A stretch of 63,994 bases of DNA, counting the filler. It is 6 parts of 6 records of this genome, joined end to end, with 100 filler letters (N's around TTAATTAATTAA, not from the genome) between each part and the next. Parts side by side here need not be neighbours in the genome. Positions count along the whole stretch, not along the records: positions 58,835 to 63,994 come from SRR2962707_2118; 5 more parts are not named here. One strand, written 5' to 3'. The stretch's first letter is position 1. The number at the start of each line of letters is the position of its first letter. Below the pieces are notes generated by a model, which had not been told where the DNA came from, ran no database searches, and was given only the letters and a program-made list of their open reading frames with translations. A program made the position numbers and the translations under genes. This document shows positions 63,089 to 63,994 of the stretch, in pieces.

Positions 63089-63994
63089 ATGCTGCGTCTC
63101 TGGCCCGATAACCGCCGTGACTTCGCCTCGCTGTCGGAGCGCGAAATCCTCTCCCTGGCCGTTGCGGCCGAGGAGGAGGATGGGCGCATCTATTCGGAGT
63201 ATGCCACGCGGCTGGGCGAGACCTATCCAGGCAGCGCGGCACTGTTCGAGGGCATGGCGGCCGAAGAGGACGAGCATCGGCGGCGCCTGCTTGATCTTTA
63301 TGTCGAGCGCTTCGGCAAGCGGCTGGTGCCGATCCGGCGCGAACATGTGCGCGGGTTTCTCAACCGCAAGCCGGTGTGGCTGCAAAAGACACTGACCCTG
63401 GAGCAGGCACGTCAGCAGGTGTGGGAAATGGAGGAAGGGGCCTATCGCTTCTACCTGGCCGCCGCCGACCAAGTGACCGATGCGGGGATCCGCAAGCTAT
63501 TGGGCGATCTGGCGGCGGCCGAAAAGGGCCATGCCAAACGGGCCGACCAGATCGATGACAGCGTGCTGGGGGCACAAGGGCGCGAGAGCGAAAGCCACGA
63601 ACAGCATCGGCAGTTCCTTTTGACCTATGTGCAGCCCGGGCTGGCCGGGCTGATGGATGGTTCGGTGTCGACGCTGGCGCCGGTGTTCGCGGCGGCCTTT
63701 GCCACCGGGGACACGCACCAGACGTTTCTGGTGGGTCTGGCTGCTGCCGTAGGCGCGGGCATTTCCATGGGCTTTACCGAGGCCGCCTCGGATGACGGCA
63801 AGCTGACCGGGCGCGGCTCGCCGATCAAGCGCGGTTTTGCGGCCGGCATCATGACGGCGGTAGGCGGGCTGGGGCACGCCCTGCCCTATCTGATTGCCGA
63901 TTTCTTCACCGCCACAGCCGTTGCCATTGCCGTGGTGCTGATCGAGCTCTGGGCTATCGCCTATATCCAGAACCGCTATATGCAGACCCCGTTC
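63089..63994 (+). CDS. mbfA: Iron exporter MbfA (ferritin-like plus VIT1/CCC1 domains); runs off the window edge
   Basis: Manual translation: MLRLWPDNRRDFASLSEREILSLAVAAEEEDGRIY...EEDEHRR...VQPGLAGLMDGSVSTLAP. Confidence 0.93.
   Translation, partial: MLRLWPDNRRDFASLSEREILSLAVAAEEEDGRIYSEYATRLGETYPGSAALFEGMAAEEDEHRRRLLDLYVERFGKRLVPIRREHVRGFLNRKPVWLQKTLTLEQARQQVWEMEEGAYRFYLAAADQVTDAGIRKLLGDLAAAEKGHAKRADQIDDSVLGAQGRESESHEQHRQFLLTYVQPGLAGLMDGSVSTLAPVFAAAFATGDTHQTFLVGLAAAVGAGISMGFTEAASDDGKLTGRGSPIKRGFAAGIMTAVGGLGHALPYLIADFFTATAVAIAVVLIELWAIAYIQNRYMQTPF

Overview
This window is not one locus. It is six unrelated contigs joined by artificial 100-bp linkers (N44-TTAATTAATTAA-N44). (1) 1-29539 is a high-GC gammaproteobacterium (Alcanivorax-like, an inference). 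About 26 kb of mostly accessory genes lie between divergent recA-cinA and mutS: an 8-oxoguanine deaminase, an OprC copper receptor, a defence-type island (DUF6933-like protein, sigma-like orphan, collapsed MqsA/SecB toxin-antitoxin-chaperone relic, RhuM-Doc, complete Wadjet jetABCD), a FecI/FecR/TonB-receptor trio, argC, hmp, zapE and a TetR/crotonase/CoA-ligase cassette. (2-4) 29640-36165, 36266-42620 and 42721-50740 are intron-rich eukaryotic (protist-like) DNA. (5) 50841-58734 is Bacteroidota housekeeping DNA (glyQS, ugd, rpsU-xerC-hpf). (6) 58835-63994 is alphaproteobacterial (Devosia-like, an inference), with a RAPP-leader copper-chaperone operon and Irr-controlled mbfA. The most notable candidate is invisible in the ORF track. 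It is a 9-exon eukaryotic gene (31457-35950, minus strand, 1189 aa by manual splicing) that fuses a RelA/SpoT-like nucleotidyltransferase to ankyrin repeats and to LRRs encoded on modular 72-nt phase-1 exons, which suggests a receptor-like nucleotide-signalling or immune protein. Other highlights are a kinesin-14 pseudo-motor lacking all nucleotide motifs, the toxin-antitoxin-chaperone relic next to Wadjet, and two candidate RNA switches. All family assignments come from motif recognition; no database search was run.
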